Of a stretch of 64,000 nt of DNA, positions 1-10,874 are shown in pieces; position 1 is the stretch's first letter, and each line of letters starts with the position of its first letter. The position numbers and the translations under genes were made by a program. The stretch comes from Cyanobacteria bacterium P01_D01_bin.156 (GTDB lineage Bacteria > Cyanobacteriota > Cyanobacteriia > Phormidesmidales > Phormidesmidaceae). The notes below the pieces were generated by a model. The model worked only from the letters and a program-made list of their open reading frames with translations. It was not told the origin of the DNA and made no database searches. The stretch lies in assembly GCA_039024555.1 (NCBI GenBank), contig JBCCQQ010000022.1, forward strand, positions 20,015-84,014. Direction: 5' to 3'.

Positions 1-272
1 ACCACCGAAATATCCAGTTCCCGACAGGCAACTTCCGTCAGCGTTTGGGATTGGGGACGAAATACCTCTAATCGATTAGGACGATACCCAGCTCGATGAA
101 TTGCTTGCTTTAGCTGATGGCGTAGCCACATGGCATCTGCCTGGGGCTGAGGACAGGTTTCTGCATAGCTAAAGTCCATATTTGGGGTGCATAGCAGCAA
201 CTCCCAATGGGTATTGTTCTCAGCGTTTTTTAAGGGACGGCGATAGAAGTCAAGCTGCCAGGGGAGACTCAT
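1..272 (-). CDS. Tab2/Atab2 family RNA-binding protein (N-terminal part; runs off the window)
   Basis: Not in the ORF track. Manual translation MSLPWQLDFYRRPLKNAENNTHWELLLC...FRPQ matches the WxLDFYxRP / WELLxC / FRPQ Tab2 signature. Its ATG overlaps the glgP stop (ATGA). Confidence 0.85.
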   Translation of the reverse strand, partial: MSLPWQLDFYRRPLKNAENNTHWELLLCTPNMDFSYAETCPQPQADAMWLRHQLKQAIHRAGYRPNRLEVFRPQSQTLTEVACRELDISV

Positions 273-2398
273 GAAAGATAGAGCTTTTGAACGTAGTCGC
301 ACACCATGCGATCGCTATTAAACACAGGCGCGATGGTGCGAATGGAGGCTTTCATCCGTTTCACCCAGCTACGAGGAACATGATTGCGATCGTTGTCATA
401 GTACAGGCGAACAATATCCCGCTCTAGCTGAGTGTAAAAGGATTCTGCATCTATCGTATCTTGAACATCCTGTTCTCTGGTTTCTGCATCCTCACCAATT
501 GTCCAACCGTTCAAGTGAGCCTTGTACCCTTCACACCACCAACCATCTAAAACACTAAAGTTAATGCCGCCGTTCAGGGCTACCTTTTGGCCACTGGTGC
601 CCGAAGCTTCCAACGGTCGACGGGGCGTATTCAGCCATAGATCAATGCCCTGCACCAGGAGCTTGGCTGTATACATGTCATAGTCTTCAATAAACGCGAT
701 GCGGTCGCGTAAGTCTGGATGACGACTCCATTCCAAAATGCGCTGAATAATTCGCTTACCAGCGGTATCATCAGGCCTGGCTTTGCCAGCAATAATCAAC
801 TGAACAGGCCGTTTTGGATTGGAAAAGATACGAGTTAACCGACTGAGGTCACGAAAAATGAGGTCGCTGCGTTTGTAGTCACTAAAGCGCCGCGCAAAGC
901 CTAGGGTGAGTACCTTTGGCTCCAACAGTCGCTCTACTGCCTTGATGTCATCGGAGCATTCTTTACGGTCTTGTCTCGCTTTGAGAACGCGATCGCGGGC
1001 GTAGGCGATGAGTCGTGCCTTTAAGATTTGGTGCCGCTGCCACAATCGCTCGTCGGGAATGTTTTCAATTTTGCTCCAGGTTTCAGGATCTGTAATGCGT
1101 TCTGCCCAATCCTTACCTAGATAGTCCTGGTATAAGTCTTCCAATAATGGGGCAATCCAGCTGCGGGCATGAATGCCATTGGTGACATATCCCAAGGGTT
1201 GACGAGTCTCGGATGTCTCCTGGGAGTAAAGATTTTGCCAAAGCTGCTGGGAAACCTCTCCATGGCGCTGACTGACCGCATTTGCTGACCGAGTCAACCG
1301 TAGAGCCAAGGCCGTCATACTAAACACATCTGGGTTTGATTCTTGGGTACCTAGGGCTAAAAATTCCGCTCGTTCTAACCCAAGCTGGGGCCAATAGTCT
1401 GCAAAATGGCGCTCAATTTGGTCGATTGAAAAGGCTTGGCCCGTGGGAACAGGCGTATGGGTAGTAAATAATGTGCGATCGCAGACCGTAGATTTGACAT
1501 CGTCTAGAGTGCCATCGATTTGCTCCATCTCAAAACGGGCCAATTCCAGCAAGGCAAATGCCGCATGTACATCATTTAGATGGTAGATAGCAGGTTCAAT
1601 TCCCAATGCCTGCAACATGCGTACACCACCCACCCCCAAAAGAATTTCCTGGAGCAGCTGCTTATCTGAATCACCGCTGTACAACTGACTAGTAATCTGC
1701 CGATCAGTCGCATCATTTTCGATAATGTCCGTATCCAACAGATAAAGCAGACTACGGCCCACTTGCACTTGCCAAACTTGGGCCTTCACCATACGTTGGC
1801 GAATATTCACGCGAATCTTCAGCCGTTGCCCATGTTCGTTACACACAGGCATCATGGGCAGATTCTCAAAATCGTTGTCCTTATAGTGCGTTTGCTGCCA
1901 ACCACTGCGATTGAGCTGTTGAGAAAAATAGCCCTGACGATATAGCAACCCCACCCCGATCATGGGTAACCCCAAATCGGAAGCTGATTTTAGATGATCC
2001 CCTGCTAGTACCCCCAAACCACCACAATACAGGGGCAATGATTCATGGATGCCATACTCAATACAAAAGTAGGCCACTGGATTATCAGCCGTAATGCTGG
2101 GAGCAGCAGTTTGTGCCCAAGTTTGGTGACGATGGAGATAGGTATGAAATTCGGTCGCTAACGTTTGCAGGCGCTTTAAATAATTGGGATCTTCAGCTAG
2201 CTGCCATAAGCGCTCAGGTGTAATCGCCTGCATCAACGCCACAGGATTATGCTGACAGTCTTGCCATAGGTCTGGGGCCAGCACCCTGAATAAAGACGCT
2301 CGTTCCGAGGTCCAACTCCACCAGTAGTTATAAATAAACTGGGTGAGCGGTTTTAGAGGCGGAGGAAGCTTCAGGCTGATAGAGCGACGAAGGTACAT
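269..2398 (-). CDS. glgP: Alpha-glucan (glycogen) phosphorylase
   Basis: Motifs YNYWWSW, GGLGVLAGDHLKSASDLG, TTHTPVP, VTNGIH, GFARRF..YKR and EASGTSGQK (PLP lysine). Likely ATG at 2398. Confidence 0.95.
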   Translation of the reverse strand: MYLRRSISLKLPPPLKPLTQFIYNYWWSWTSERASLFRVLAPDLWQDCQHNPVALMQAITPERLWQLAEDPNYLKRLQTLATEFHTYLHRHQTWAQTAAPSITADNPVAYFCIEYGIHESLPLYCGGLGVLAGDHLKSASDLGLPMIGVGLLYRQGYFSQQLNRSGWQQTHYKDNDFENLPMMPVCNEHGQRLKIRVNIRQRMVKAQVWQVQVGRSLLYLLDTDIIENDATDRQITSQLYSGDSDKQLLQEILLGVGGVRMLQALGIEPAIYHLNDVHAAFALLELARFEMEQIDGTLDDVKSTVCDRTLFTTHTPVPTGQAFSIDQIERHFADYWPQLGLERAEFLALGTQESNPDVFSMTALALRLTRSANAVSQRHGEVSQQLWQNLYSQETSETRQPLGYVTNGIHARSWIAPLLEDLYQDYLGKDWAERITDPETWSKIENIPDERLWQRHQILKARLIAYARDRVLKARQDRKECSDDIKAVERLLEPKVLTLGFARRFSDYKRSDLIFRDLSRLTRIFSNPKRPVQLIIAGKARPDDTAGKRIIQRILEWSRHPDLRDRIAFIEDYDMYTAKLLVQGIDLWLNTPRRPLEASGTSGQKVALNGGINFSVLDGWWCEGYKAHLNGWTIGEDAETREQDVQDTIDAESFYTQLERDIVRLYYDNDRNHVPRSWVKRMKASIRTIAPVFNSDRMVCDYVQKLYLS

Positions 2399-2563
2399 AG
2401 GTCGAAGGAGGAAAGTCAACAGTGGCAAGGGGACGGAATTAATCAAAGCCTCTCAAAGCGTTAGAGCGACTGCGGTATAGTGTTCCAATCCTCACATTTG
2501 GATCTTTAGCCCTGTTTGGGCAGTAGTTGTAGCGTTAAATGTCGCCCTGGGCGGCAATGGCGA

Positions 2564-3835
2564 ATGGCCCCAACCCTTACCCAATTTGGTCAACAAATGT
2601 CCCACCTCACTGGGGTGCGGGCGATCATGAAAGATATCATTGAAACCCTGCAATCGGGACAGGCTGCAGACTTTATTAACTTAAGCGCAGGCAACCCGGT
2701 CATCATTCCGGAGGTAGAGCAGCTGTGGCGCGACTGTACCACTGATTTACTGGCTAGCAAGGAATATGGGCAAGTCGTCTGTCGCTATGGTTCAAGTCGG
2801 GGGTATGAACCATTAATTGATGCCATTACGGCTGATTTCAATCAGCGATATAACCTGCAGCTACAAGCCGGAAATATTTTAATTACACCCGGCAGCCAAT
2901 CCCTATATTTTTTGGCAGCTAATGCTTTTGGTGGCTATACCACTAAAGGCACTCTCAAAGAGATTATCCTTCCCCTTAGTCCTGACTATACGGGCTACGG
3001 TGGAGTTTCCCTCTATCCAGAAGCCGTACGGGCCTATCGACCTAGGTTAGACATCAATGAGTCCACCCATCGCTTTAAGTACCGTCCTGACTTAAAGCAG
3101 CTGACGGTTAATGACAATACCGGCTTTCTGCTGTTTTCTCGGCCCTGTAATCCTACGGGCAATGTGGTCAACGATGATGAAGTGCGACGTATTGCCCAAC
3201 TAGCCAAGGATGTGCCTGTTTTTATTGACTCGGCCTACGCACCACCCTTTCCTGCGCTGAACTTTACGGCAATGACGCCCATCTTAGCGCCCAACATTGT
3301 TCACGGCATTAGTTTGTCAAAGGCAGGATTACCCGGTGAGCGAGTGGGAATTGCCATTGGTGATGCCGCCACAATTCGAGTCCTCGAATCATTCCAAACA
3401 AATTTGTGTATCCATTCTTCCCGCTATGGTCAAGCCATAGCGGCCCGTGCGATCGCATCAGGCGCACTGGCTGAACTATCAAAAACAGTCATTCGCAGTC
3501 ACTACCAAGAAAAATTTGCCGTCATCGAAACCACATTGGATGACGCCATGCCAGATGTGCCCTGGTATCTACACTTAGCAGAAGGCTCTATTTTTGCCTG
3601 GCTATGGCTACAGGATTTACCCATGGATGACCAAGCGTTTTACCAAGCCCTCAAGCAGTATGGCGTGATCGTTGTCCCCGGTAGTCCATTTTTCCCAGGG
3701 TTACAGGAAGATTGGGAACACAAACATCAGTGCTTTAGGGTTAGTCTGACGGATACAGCAGAGAGAATTGCGATCGCCATTCGTCGGCTCGCTCAACTCA
3801 CTGAGGAAGTCTATAGTCAAGGAAATAATCCATAA
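2564..3835 (+). CDS. avtA: Valine--pyruvate transaminase
   Basis: [43 protein letters not shown]; class I/II PLP aminotransferase. Confidence 0.9.
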   Translation: MAPTLTQFGQQMSHLTGVRAIMKDIIETLQSGQAADFINLSAGNPVIIPEVEQLWRDCTTDLLASKEYGQVVCRYGSSRGYEPLIDAITADFNQRYNLQLQAGNILITPGSQSLYFLAANAFGGYTTKGTLKEIILPLSPDYTGYGGVSLYPEAVRAYRPRLDINESTHRFKYRPDLKQLTVNDNTGFLLFSRPCNPTGNVVNDDEVRRIAQLAKDVPVFIDSAYAPPFPALNFTAMTPILAPNIVHGISLSKAGLPGERVGIAIGDAATIRVLESFQTNLCIHSSRYGQAIAARAIASGALAELSKTVIRSHYQEKFAVIETTLDDAMPDVPWYLHLAEGSIFAWLWLQDLPMDDQAFYQALKQYGVIVVPGSPFFPGLQEDWEHKHQCFRVSLTDTAERIAIAIRRLAQLTEEVYSQGNNP

Positions 3836-3836
3836 A

Positions 3837-4406
3837 ATGACACAGGACTGGCTTACCATTGGTCGCATTGTGGGCCCCCATGGCCTGAATGGCGAAGTGC
3901 GCGTATATCCTGATAGTGATTTCCCAGAACGATTTGAGCGGCCAGGTGAACGATGGTTACTCAAACCAGGCACGACTACTCCAGAGCCCATCAAGCTAAT
4001 TAAGGGGCGCTTTCAAAACGGCAAAGGCCTATACGTGGTTAAACTAGCTGATATTAATTACCGTGACCAAGCAGAGGCCCTGCGAGATGCTCAGTTATTA
4101 GTCCCCGCCGCCGATCGTCTCCCCCTCGAACCTGGCGAATTCCACGTGGGTGATTTGATGGGTCTAGCCGTCATTCTTCAGGCAACGGGCGAACAGGTAG
4201 GGACGGTAAACGATATCTATCGGGCAGGCAATGATTTATTAGAAGTCACCCTTACATCTACCAGCTTAGATAGCCAAAATACACAACCGTCACGGACAGT
4301 GTTGATTCCTTTTGTGGAGGCTATTGTCCCCGTAGTTGACTTGCTCCAAAAGCGCGTTGAGATCACGCCACCAGCTGGCTTGATTGACGAAACCAGCAAC
4401 ACCTAA
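3837..4406 (+). CDS. rimM: Ribosome maturation factor RimM
   Basis: [40 protein letters not shown]. Confidence 0.95.
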   Translation: MTQDWLTIGRIVGPHGLNGEVRVYPDSDFPERFERPGERWLLKPGTTTPEPIKLIKGRFQNGKGLYVVKLADINYRDQAEALRDAQLLVPAADRLPLEPGEFHVGDLMGLAVILQATGEQVGTVNDIYRAGNDLLEVTLTSTSLDSQNTQPSRTVLIPFVEAIVPVVDLLQKRVEITPPAGLIDETSNT

Positions 4407-4924
4407 GACTGTAACTGCTCCAGATCAAGACTGGCTGCATCAGCATGTTTTGCCAGTAGCTGCCGAATTCGAGTCAGCGTTTCAGTATCGTCAATGCGCT
4501 GTTCCTGATACCCCCGCTGCCACACAGGCGCACCTGGCTCTCCACGCACCAGATTAATGCGTTTAGCTGCCGCTGCTTTAAATCCAGCAACAAAAGAAGA
4601 AAGGGCTCTCGGCTTCTCTGGGGTTTGCACACCATAATCTGATGGCAACTGCCCTTCTCTGGGCGTAACGACGATCAACGCTCGCAGACCATTCGGCAAG
4701 ACTGCCCAACGATCAACGCGAATGTCTCGCTCATGTGCAGTCGATACTTGTTGCCACTCAGCAACAGCAATCTTTCCAGAGGTGTTCAAGTGTGTTTGTT
4801 CGTCTGCTATATCACCAAATAAAAAAGCTTCTTGGTGGGTCAATAAATGAATGTGATAAAACGTAGTGCTGGGTTTGGACGGCCCCAACTGGAATATATT
4901 AGCCAACCTTTCCTCAGTGCCCAT
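4403..4924 (-). CDS. REP-associated tyrosine transposase (RAYT / Y1_Tnp)-like protein lacking catalytic residues
   Basis: Scaffold motifs LFGDI..LN..GKI...[19 protein letters not shown] and [10 protein letters not shown]. The usual MPNHLH reads LPNGLR and IRQYI.NNP reads IRQLLAKH. Confidence 0.8.
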   Translation of the reverse strand: MGTEERLANIFQLGPSKPSTTFYHIHLLTHQEAFLFGDIADEQTHLNTSGKIAVAEWQQVSTAHERDIRVDRWAVLPNGLRALIVVTPREGQLPSDYGVQTPEKPRALSSFVAGFKAAAAKRINLVRGEPGAPVWQRGYQEQRIDDTETLTRIRQLLAKHADAASLDLEQLQS

Positions 4925-4978
4925 CCAGGCATTGCGTGATTGTTGTTGACTTAGATTTCCCAGGTGTAGGTTAATATT

Positions 4979-5012
4979 CTCGCCGAGAAAATACGCAATT
5001 TTTCTTGGCGAG
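4979..5012. repeat. Imperfect inverted repeat (hairpin) upstream of the RAYT-like gene
   Basis: CTCGCCGAGAAAAT-ACGCA-ATTTTTCTTGGCGAG, stem of about 14 bp. Confidence 0.7.
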
Positions 5013-5039
5013 ATGATACTTATTTATGGAATTTAGGAC

Positions 5040-5070
5040 AAAAAAATAGCCAGCCTATCGAGGCTGGCTT
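5040..5070 (-). terminator. Intrinsic terminator after tRNA-Leu(CAA)
   Basis: Minus strand AGCCAGCCT-CGAT-AGGCTGGCT followed by ATTTTTTT. Confidence 0.85.
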
Positions 5071-5090
5071 CATAAGTAAATCAACAAATA

Positions 5091-5173
5091 TGGGCAGAGC
5101 GAGACTCGAACTCGCATGACCAAAGGCCGCCACATTTTGAGTGTGGTGCGTCTACCAATTTCGCCATCCGCCC
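5091..5173 (-). tRNA. trnL: tRNA-Leu (CAA)
   Basis: GGGCGGATGGCGAAATTGGTAGACGC...CCACA-CTCAAAA-TGTGG, long variable arm, GTTCGAGTC T-loop. CCA not encoded. Confidence 0.97.
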
Positions 5174-6015
5174 GTAGTCTTAATATTATAGTTGATACCG
5201 CGCGTTTGTAATAGCCTTTGATAATCTTGACTGCCATGCCAACGGGTAATCTCCCTAGCTCGTAATACGGGCACTGGGTGAGTTAACTCTTGGGTACGCA
5301 TTTCCTTCAACAATGCACCTAGCTGATCTTGATTCAGCTCCTCATAGGCATCAGCCTGGGCAATAAAGGCGTCCAAATTAAGTTGAGGCGATAGATGTGG
5401 CGATCCTCCGGCCAATTTCATTAATACCGACGCCACAACCCTGGCATCCTGACTGGCAAGTAGGGCCGCGCGATCGCACGTAAATTCAGCACAACGTACC
5501 CATTTCAAAATTTGACTTTGTAAACTTTGAGACCAGGCTGCCCCCAGGGGTAGCTGACTGGCCGCCAAGGTCAAGAGGTTTGCCAGGGTTAGATATACGC
5601 CATGATCACATTTCAGATGTCCCAACTCATGACCAATGACTGCTTGTAACTCCTGATTCGTTAGCAGATCAATTAACGACGTGTGAACAACAATAAAGGG
5701 GCGCTTACCCCGCATGGCAAACGTATACGCATTAGGCACAGGATTTTGTCTGATATAAAGCTGCGGGGGGTCCATATCTAGCACCTGGCAAGCATCTACC
5801 AAAAGTTGATAGATATCAGGGAGCTGGGTCGGCCCGACCAACACACTAGTCGCAATATTTTCTAAATAAAAAAACTGCTCTGCCGTTGGTCCTAACAAAC
5901 CACGGATAGCCAGATCAAACCCTGGCAAACGCTTGAGGGATTCTGTCGCCTGCAAATCCAAAGGATGGCGAAAATGATTAGCCCGCAGCCCGGTTAGAAT
6001 CGACTTTTGGTCCAC
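5152..6015 (-). CDS. M48 family Zn metallopeptidase
   Basis: PNAYT, HELGH, CAEFTCDRA, THP. GTG start at 6015 with GGAGG upstream. The 3' end overlaps tRNA-Leu. Confidence 0.9.
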   Translation of the reverse strand: MDQKSILTGLRANHFRHPLDLQATESLKRLPGFDLAIRGLLGPTAEQFFYLENIATSVLVGPTQLPDIYQLLVDACQVLDMDPPQLYIRQNPVPNAYTFAMRGKRPFIVVHTSLIDLLTNQELQAVIGHELGHLKCDHGVYLTLANLLTLAASQLPLGAAWSQSLQSQILKWVRCAEFTCDRAALLASQDARVVASVLMKLAGGSPHLSPQLNLDAFIAQADAYEELNQDQLGALLKEMRTQELTHPVPVLRAREITRWHGSQDYQRLLQTRGINYNIKTTGGWRNW

Positions 6016-6058
6016 ACCTGCGCCTCCAAGGCTTCTAGATAGTTTACAGTGTAGCTTT

Positions 6059-7447
6059 CTAGACAGTGACTGGCCTATGGGATACAGAAGACTCAATTGG
6101 ATGGGCAACACGCCGCAGCTTCGCCCCCACCGACGTAAGTTTAGCTTCAATATCTGCATAGCCACGATCTAAGTGATGGAGACCATGGAGAGTAGTTTTA
6201 CCATCGGCCGCTAATCCCGCTACTAATAGAGCTGCAGCCGCCCTCAAGTCAGTCCCCGTCACTGGGGCACCAGATAGATAGGGAACACCACGAATAACAG
6301 CCATATTGCCGGTCAACCGGATATCTGCACCCATGCGGTTAAACTCAGCCACGTGCTGAAGTCGATTTTCAAAAACCGTCTCTGTAATGACACTATTACC
6401 GTCAGCTAGGGTTGTCAGCGCCATAAACTGAGCCTGCATATCCGTCGGAAAGCCAGGATGAGGACGAGTCTCAATATCGATGGGCAAAATACGCTGTCCA
6501 GGGACAATACGCACACGACTGTGGCCTTCCAACTCAACCCGAGTCCCTGCTTCTGCAAGTTTCGCAATGACCGGGGTTAAATGCTCTGGAATAACCGGGG
6601 AAAGACTAATAGGAGACTTTGTAATAGCACCCGCCAGCATAAAGGTGCCGGCCTCAATGCGATCAGGAATAATGCCATAGTCAGTGGAATGGAGACTGGA
6701 CACGCCCGCAATCGTAATTGTGTTCGTTCCTGCACCACGAATGCGCGCGCCCATGGCTCGACAAAAATTAGCCAGGTCCAAAACCTCAGGCTCTTGGGCA
6801 GCGTTTTCAATGACCGTTTCTCCCTCTGCCAGAGTCGCGGCCATCATCAAAGTTTCTGTGGCTCCCACACTGGGGTAGTCAAGATAAATTTTGCCCCCTT
6901 TCAGGCGGCCGCGGCTACCGGGGACATAGGCATGGACAATACCATGATCCATGTGAACCTGTGCTCCTAATGCCTGTAAGCCTTTAATGTGTAATGCGAC
7001 AGGACGAGCTCCAATAGCACACCCTCCCGGCAGTGGCACTCTAGCGACACCCAAACGAGCTAACAGAGGACCAATCACAAAGAAACTCGCCCTCAGTTTG
7101 CTAACAATTTCATACGGGGCACGAGAATGACTAATGGAACTGGCATCAATATCGAGGGTGTCACCATGGTGACTAACTTTAACGCCCAGGGCAGTAAGCA
7201 CCTCAGCCATCCGTCCGATGTCCACCAGATTGGGAATGTTACGCAGTCGACAATCTTGGGAACATAGGATGGTACCTGCCATAACGACGAGGGCAGAGTT
7301 CTTGGCCCCGCTAACGTGAATATGGCCATTCAAGGGTTGCTTGCCCCAGATTTCAATAACAGGTGCAGACCCGTTGGAGGAATGCTGATCAGCCTGAAGT
7401 GAGGTGTTGATGGTAATGTCCTCCAATTTAGTAACGGGGCTCAGCAA
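6059..7447 (-). CDS. murA: UDP-N-acetylglucosamine 1-carboxyvinyltransferase
   Basis: [48 protein letters not shown]. Start codon uncertain. Confidence 0.97.
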   Translation of the reverse strand: MLSPVTKLEDITINTSLQADQHSSNGSAPVIEIWGKQPLNGHIHVSGAKNSALVVMAGTILCSQDCRLRNIPNLVDIGRMAEVLTALGVKVSHHGDTLDIDASSISHSRAPYEIVSKLRASFFVIGPLLARLGVARVPLPGGCAIGARPVALHIKGLQALGAQVHMDHGIVHAYVPGSRGRLKGGKIYLDYPSVGATETLMMAATLAEGETVIENAAQEPEVLDLANFCRAMGARIRGAGTNTITIAGVSSLHSTDYGIIPDRIEAGTFMLAGAITKSPISLSPVIPEHLTPVIAKLAEAGTRVELEGHSRVRIVPGQRILPIDIETRPHPGFPTDMQAQFMALTTLADGNSVITETVFENRLQHVAEFNRMGADIRLTGNMAVIRGVPYLSGAPVTGTDLRAAAALLVAGLAADGKTTLHGLHHLDRGYADIEAKLTSVGAKLRRVAHPIESSVSHRPVTV

Positions 7448-7671
7448 AACGACATCATAAAACTGGCTCTCAAGCCAATTTTGTAAACATAAGTGATGAT
7501 TTTACCGGAAACTTTTGATTAGTTAAGTCATATTAATATCCTTTTCAGATAAGTACTAACGTCATCTAACCCAATCTGAAAGGGGCAAATGCTAAACCTC
7601 AAGATGGGGGATTGACGAATTGTCCTAATTGCAAGAAGATTTTGAGCTAGAGGTCACGCAGGTGACATTGA

Positions 7672-7755
7672 GCGGAACTGGCGGAATTGGTAGACGCGCT
7701 AGATTCAGGTTCTAGTGTTCGCAAGGACTTCCGGGTTCAAGTCCCGGGTTCCGCA
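7672..7755 (+). tRNA. trnL: tRNA-Leu (CAG)
   Basis: GCGGAACTGGCGGAATTGGTAGACGCG-CTAGA-TTCAGGT-TCTAG...GGTTCAAGTCC. Confidence 0.97.
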
Positions 7756-7964
7756 TACGTGAAGTAGTTCTTAAATGCCTTTCTATCAATGTTCAGAAGT
7801 TTGAAAGGCTCTGAGATATATGGATGTATAAATTGCATCATTCATGCAGATCAATTCAGTTTTCCTTATTGATTGTTAATTGGGAAAAAGTTGAATGCTA
7901 TAGGCTAGACCGTGAGTAAAAACATACACGGAACTTAGTTGTTGGCAGCAGGTTTGCTTTTCCC

Positions 7965-8744
7965 ATGACTAGCATTATTACCAGTACCAAAAATCCCATC
8001 GCTAAGCAGTTTCGTAAGCTACACCAGGCAAAGGAACGGCGACGTCAAAGCATGTTTTTGCTGGAGGGAACTCACCTGTTACAGGAGGTGTGTTCAATGG
8101 GCTATCAGCTTCACCAAGTGGCTGTTACAGAGGGATGGCGTCAGACCCACACCTCTCTGTATGTGCAACTGGAAAGTTTGGCAACAGAAGTACGTCTGGT
8201 AACCCCTGAAGTGTTGGCTAGCATGTGTACCACTGTCAGCCCCGATGGGGTGATAGCTATTGCTCCTCGCAGGGATGCTGCCTCAGCTTCGTCCCATCCT
8301 ATTTCCCTAGGAATCGCCCTCGAACGCCTGCAGGATCCCGGAAACCTCGGTACTGTGATTCGCACAGCTGCCGCTACGCATTGCGATCGCCTCTGGCTGA
8401 CATCAGACAGCGTCGATGTGGACCATCCCAAAGTGCTCAGAGCAACGGCTGGTCAGTGGTTTCGACTACCAATGGAGACTATCCCAAGTTTCGCAGACCT
8501 GAGGAATCAAGATGTCCAACTGGTGGCGACCACACCCAGGGCATCCCTTGATTATTGGCATATGGACCTGCGGCAGCCCACAGTATTTTTAATGGGCAAT
8601 GAAGGTGCTGGGCTCTCTGAACAGGCCATGGACCTGTCCACGCATCAGGTCAGAATTCCTTTAGCAGCTGATGTGGAATCATTAAACGTTGCGATCGCAA
8701 CGGCTATTTTGCTCTATGAAGCCCAACGTCAGCGTTGCTCTTGA
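7965..8744 (+). CDS. TrmH/SpoU family RNA methyltransferase
   Basis: LQDPGNLGTVIRTA, MGNEGAGL, ESLNVA (SPOUT motifs). Confidence 0.92.
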   Translation: MTSIITSTKNPIAKQFRKLHQAKERRRQSMFLLEGTHLLQEVCSMGYQLHQVAVTEGWRQTHTSLYVQLESLATEVRLVTPEVLASMCTTVSPDGVIAIAPRRDAASASSHPISLGIALERLQDPGNLGTVIRTAAATHCDRLWLTSDSVDVDHPKVLRATAGQWFRLPMETIPSFADLRNQDVQLVATTPRASLDYWHMDLRQPTVFLMGNEGAGLSEQAMDLSTHQVRIPLAADVESLNVAIATAILLYEAQRQRCS

Positions 8745-8953
8745 TCGTCTGTGGTAAACCCCACATCTTGAGGCAATTTCGACCCAGCAGGTAATCCATA
8801 ATCAGGATTCTGGACGTCCTTTGGAGTAGAAGAACTGAAATTGTCTGCCTCCAATTCGGTATCTTCTAGCTCATCGCCCCAAAGATCGTTTAACTGCTCT
8901 AAAGATTGCATAAAATCGGCTGTAGCCGACTGCTTCAGCTGACGTTTGTCCAT
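8729..8953 (-). CDS. Small acidic hypothetical protein
   Basis: 74-aa ORF with ATG start. The N-terminus (FMQSLEQL) resembles small cyanobacterial hypothetical proteins. Confidence 0.55.
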   Translation of the reverse strand: MDKRQLKQSATADFMQSLEQLNDLWGDELEDTELEADNFSSSTPKDVQNPDYGLPAGSKLPQDVGFTTDDQEQR

Positions 8954-9440
8954 AAGTCTATCTTGCTAATCAGCCCTGCCGACCAATCATCATTACGAAC
9001 AACTAGAATGCCTCGGACTTAGAAAATCTTAGGCATTCCTAAGCAAGCATTCACAGCGTACGTGAATCGAGCAAAAAGCTCGTCATGGTTTATGGCTATT
9101 GGCATTAAGGCCTTTAACTATAGGGATCTTGAATTGGACTCTAGCCAAGATGTTCCAAACACAAGCAAACAAAGGAACCAGAATGATGCTTGTGAAGAGC
9201 GTTCTATGTTTGGAACTTATTTAGCACAATGGCTTTTTAGCACAACGGCTTTACAGAGAATACAGGGTCTTCAAATTTAACAAATGGCTCGCAATTCCTA
9301 AATATTGAGTTGTCTATTATTCACAATCTAGATGAGAATATATTTTGCCCCTATGTTACCCACATGGTTATCTGACCCCGGCAATTGGTAAGAGAACAGT
9401 GGTGAAGGGCGTCACTAATGTGCTGAAACAGGAGATCGTT

Positions 9441-10874
9441 GTGAGTTCATCCTTTGATTACGACCTAATCATTGTGGGTGCCGGTGTCGGTGGACATGGG
9501 GCAGCGTTACACGCTGTAAAAAGTGGCTTAAAAACTGCCATCATTGAGGCAGCTGATATGGGAGGCACCTGTGTTAACCGTGGCTGTATTCCTTCCAAAG
9601 CATTGCTAGCTGCCTCAGGGCGCGTTCGAGAAATGCAAGACAAGCATCACCTACAGTCCTTCGGGATTCACGTGGGAGATGTGCAGTTTGATCGTGCTGC
9701 CATTGCTGACCATGCTGGTAACTTAGTCAGTAAAATTCAAGGAGATTTGACCAATAGCCTGACTCGCCTTGGAGTAGATACTATTCGCGGCTGGGGTAAA
9801 TTAGCAGGTGCTCAGAAGGTAACGGTGACCACAGATAACGGTGAAAAGACCTACACCGCTAAAGACATCATGCTGTCCCCTGGATCAGTCCCCTTTGTGC
9901 CCCCTGGCATTGAAACTGATGGTAAAACCGTATTTACCAGTGATGAAGCCATTAAGTTGGACTGGTTACCTCAGTGGGTGGCCATCATTGGTAGTGGCTA
10001 CATTGGCCTAGAGTTTTCCGATGTCTACACCGCTCTTGGGTGTGAAGTCAGCATGATTGAGGCATTGCCCCAATTGATGCCCACCTTTGATCCTGACATT
10101 GCCAAAATCGCCAAGCGGGTCCTTATCGACCCCCGCGATATTGAAACCCATACAGGAGTCATTGCCAAAACGGTTATCCCTGGTGCTCCGGTCACCATAG
10201 AACTGGCGGATCTTAAAACGAAAGAAACCGTTGACGTCCTGGAGGTAGATGCTTGCCTAGTGGCCACTGGCCGGATTCCAGCGACGAAGAATATGGGACT
10301 GGAAAACTTAGCTGTCGAGACCGATCGCCGTGGTTTTATTCCAGTCAATGACCGCATGGAAGTCCTGAGAGATGGCCAGCCCATTCAACACCTATGGGCC
10401 ATCGGTGATGCAACTGGCAAAATGATGCTGGCCCACGCCGCCTCTGCCCAGGGTGTGGTGGCCGTGGAAAATATTCTAGAAAATAACCGCACTGTTAACT
10501 ATCAGAGCATTCCGGCAGCGGCCTTTACCCACCCTGAAGTGAGCTTTGTGGGCCTGACTGAACCTGCAGCAAAAGAGCTCGCTGACGCAGAGGGGTTCAA
10601 AATTGGCACTGTTCGTAGCTATTTCAAGGCTAATTCCAAGGCGTTGGCGGAGAATGAATCCGACGGCTTGGCAAAAGTAATCTACCGAAAGGACACAGGA
10701 GAAATTTTAGGAACCCACATTATTGGCATTCATGCCGCAGATCTAATTCAAGAAGCAGCAAATGCCATCGCTCAAGGTCAAACCGTCAAGGAACTGTCCT
10801 TTATCGTGCATACTCACCCCACCTTGTCTGAGGTGTTAGATGAGGCATTTAAGCGTGCTGAGGTAACCGCATGA
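9441..10874 (+). CDS. lpdA: Dihydrolipoyl dehydrogenase
   Basis: [19 protein letters not shown] redox disulfide, [17 protein letters not shown] start after AGGAG. Confidence 0.96.
   Translation: MSSSFDYDLIIVGAGVGGHGAALHAVKSGLKTAIIEAADMGGTCVNRGCIPSKALLAASGRVREMQDKHHLQSFGIHVGDVQFDRAAIADHAGNLVSKIQGDLTNSLTRLGVDTIRGWGKLAGAQKVTVTTDNGEKTYTAKDIMLSPGSVPFVPPGIETDGKTVFTSDEAIKLDWLPQWVAIIGSGYIGLEFSDVYTALGCEVSMIEALPQLMPTFDPDIAKIAKRVLIDPRDIETHTGVIAKTVIPGAPVTIELADLKTKETVDVLEVDACLVATGRIPATKNMGLENLAVETDRRGFIPVNDRMEVLRDGQPIQHLWAIGDATGKMMLAHAASAQGVVAVENILENNRTVNYQSIPAAAFTHPEVSFVGLTEPAAKELADAEGFKIGTVRSYFKANSKALAENESDGLAKVIYRKDTGEILGTHIIGIHAADLIQEAANAIAQGQTVKELSFIVHTHPTLSEVLDEAFKRAEVTA

Noticed and set aside
9062..9280. 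72-aa ORF upstream of lpdA
   Set aside because: GTG start without RBS and no recognisable motif; more likely promoter DNA.
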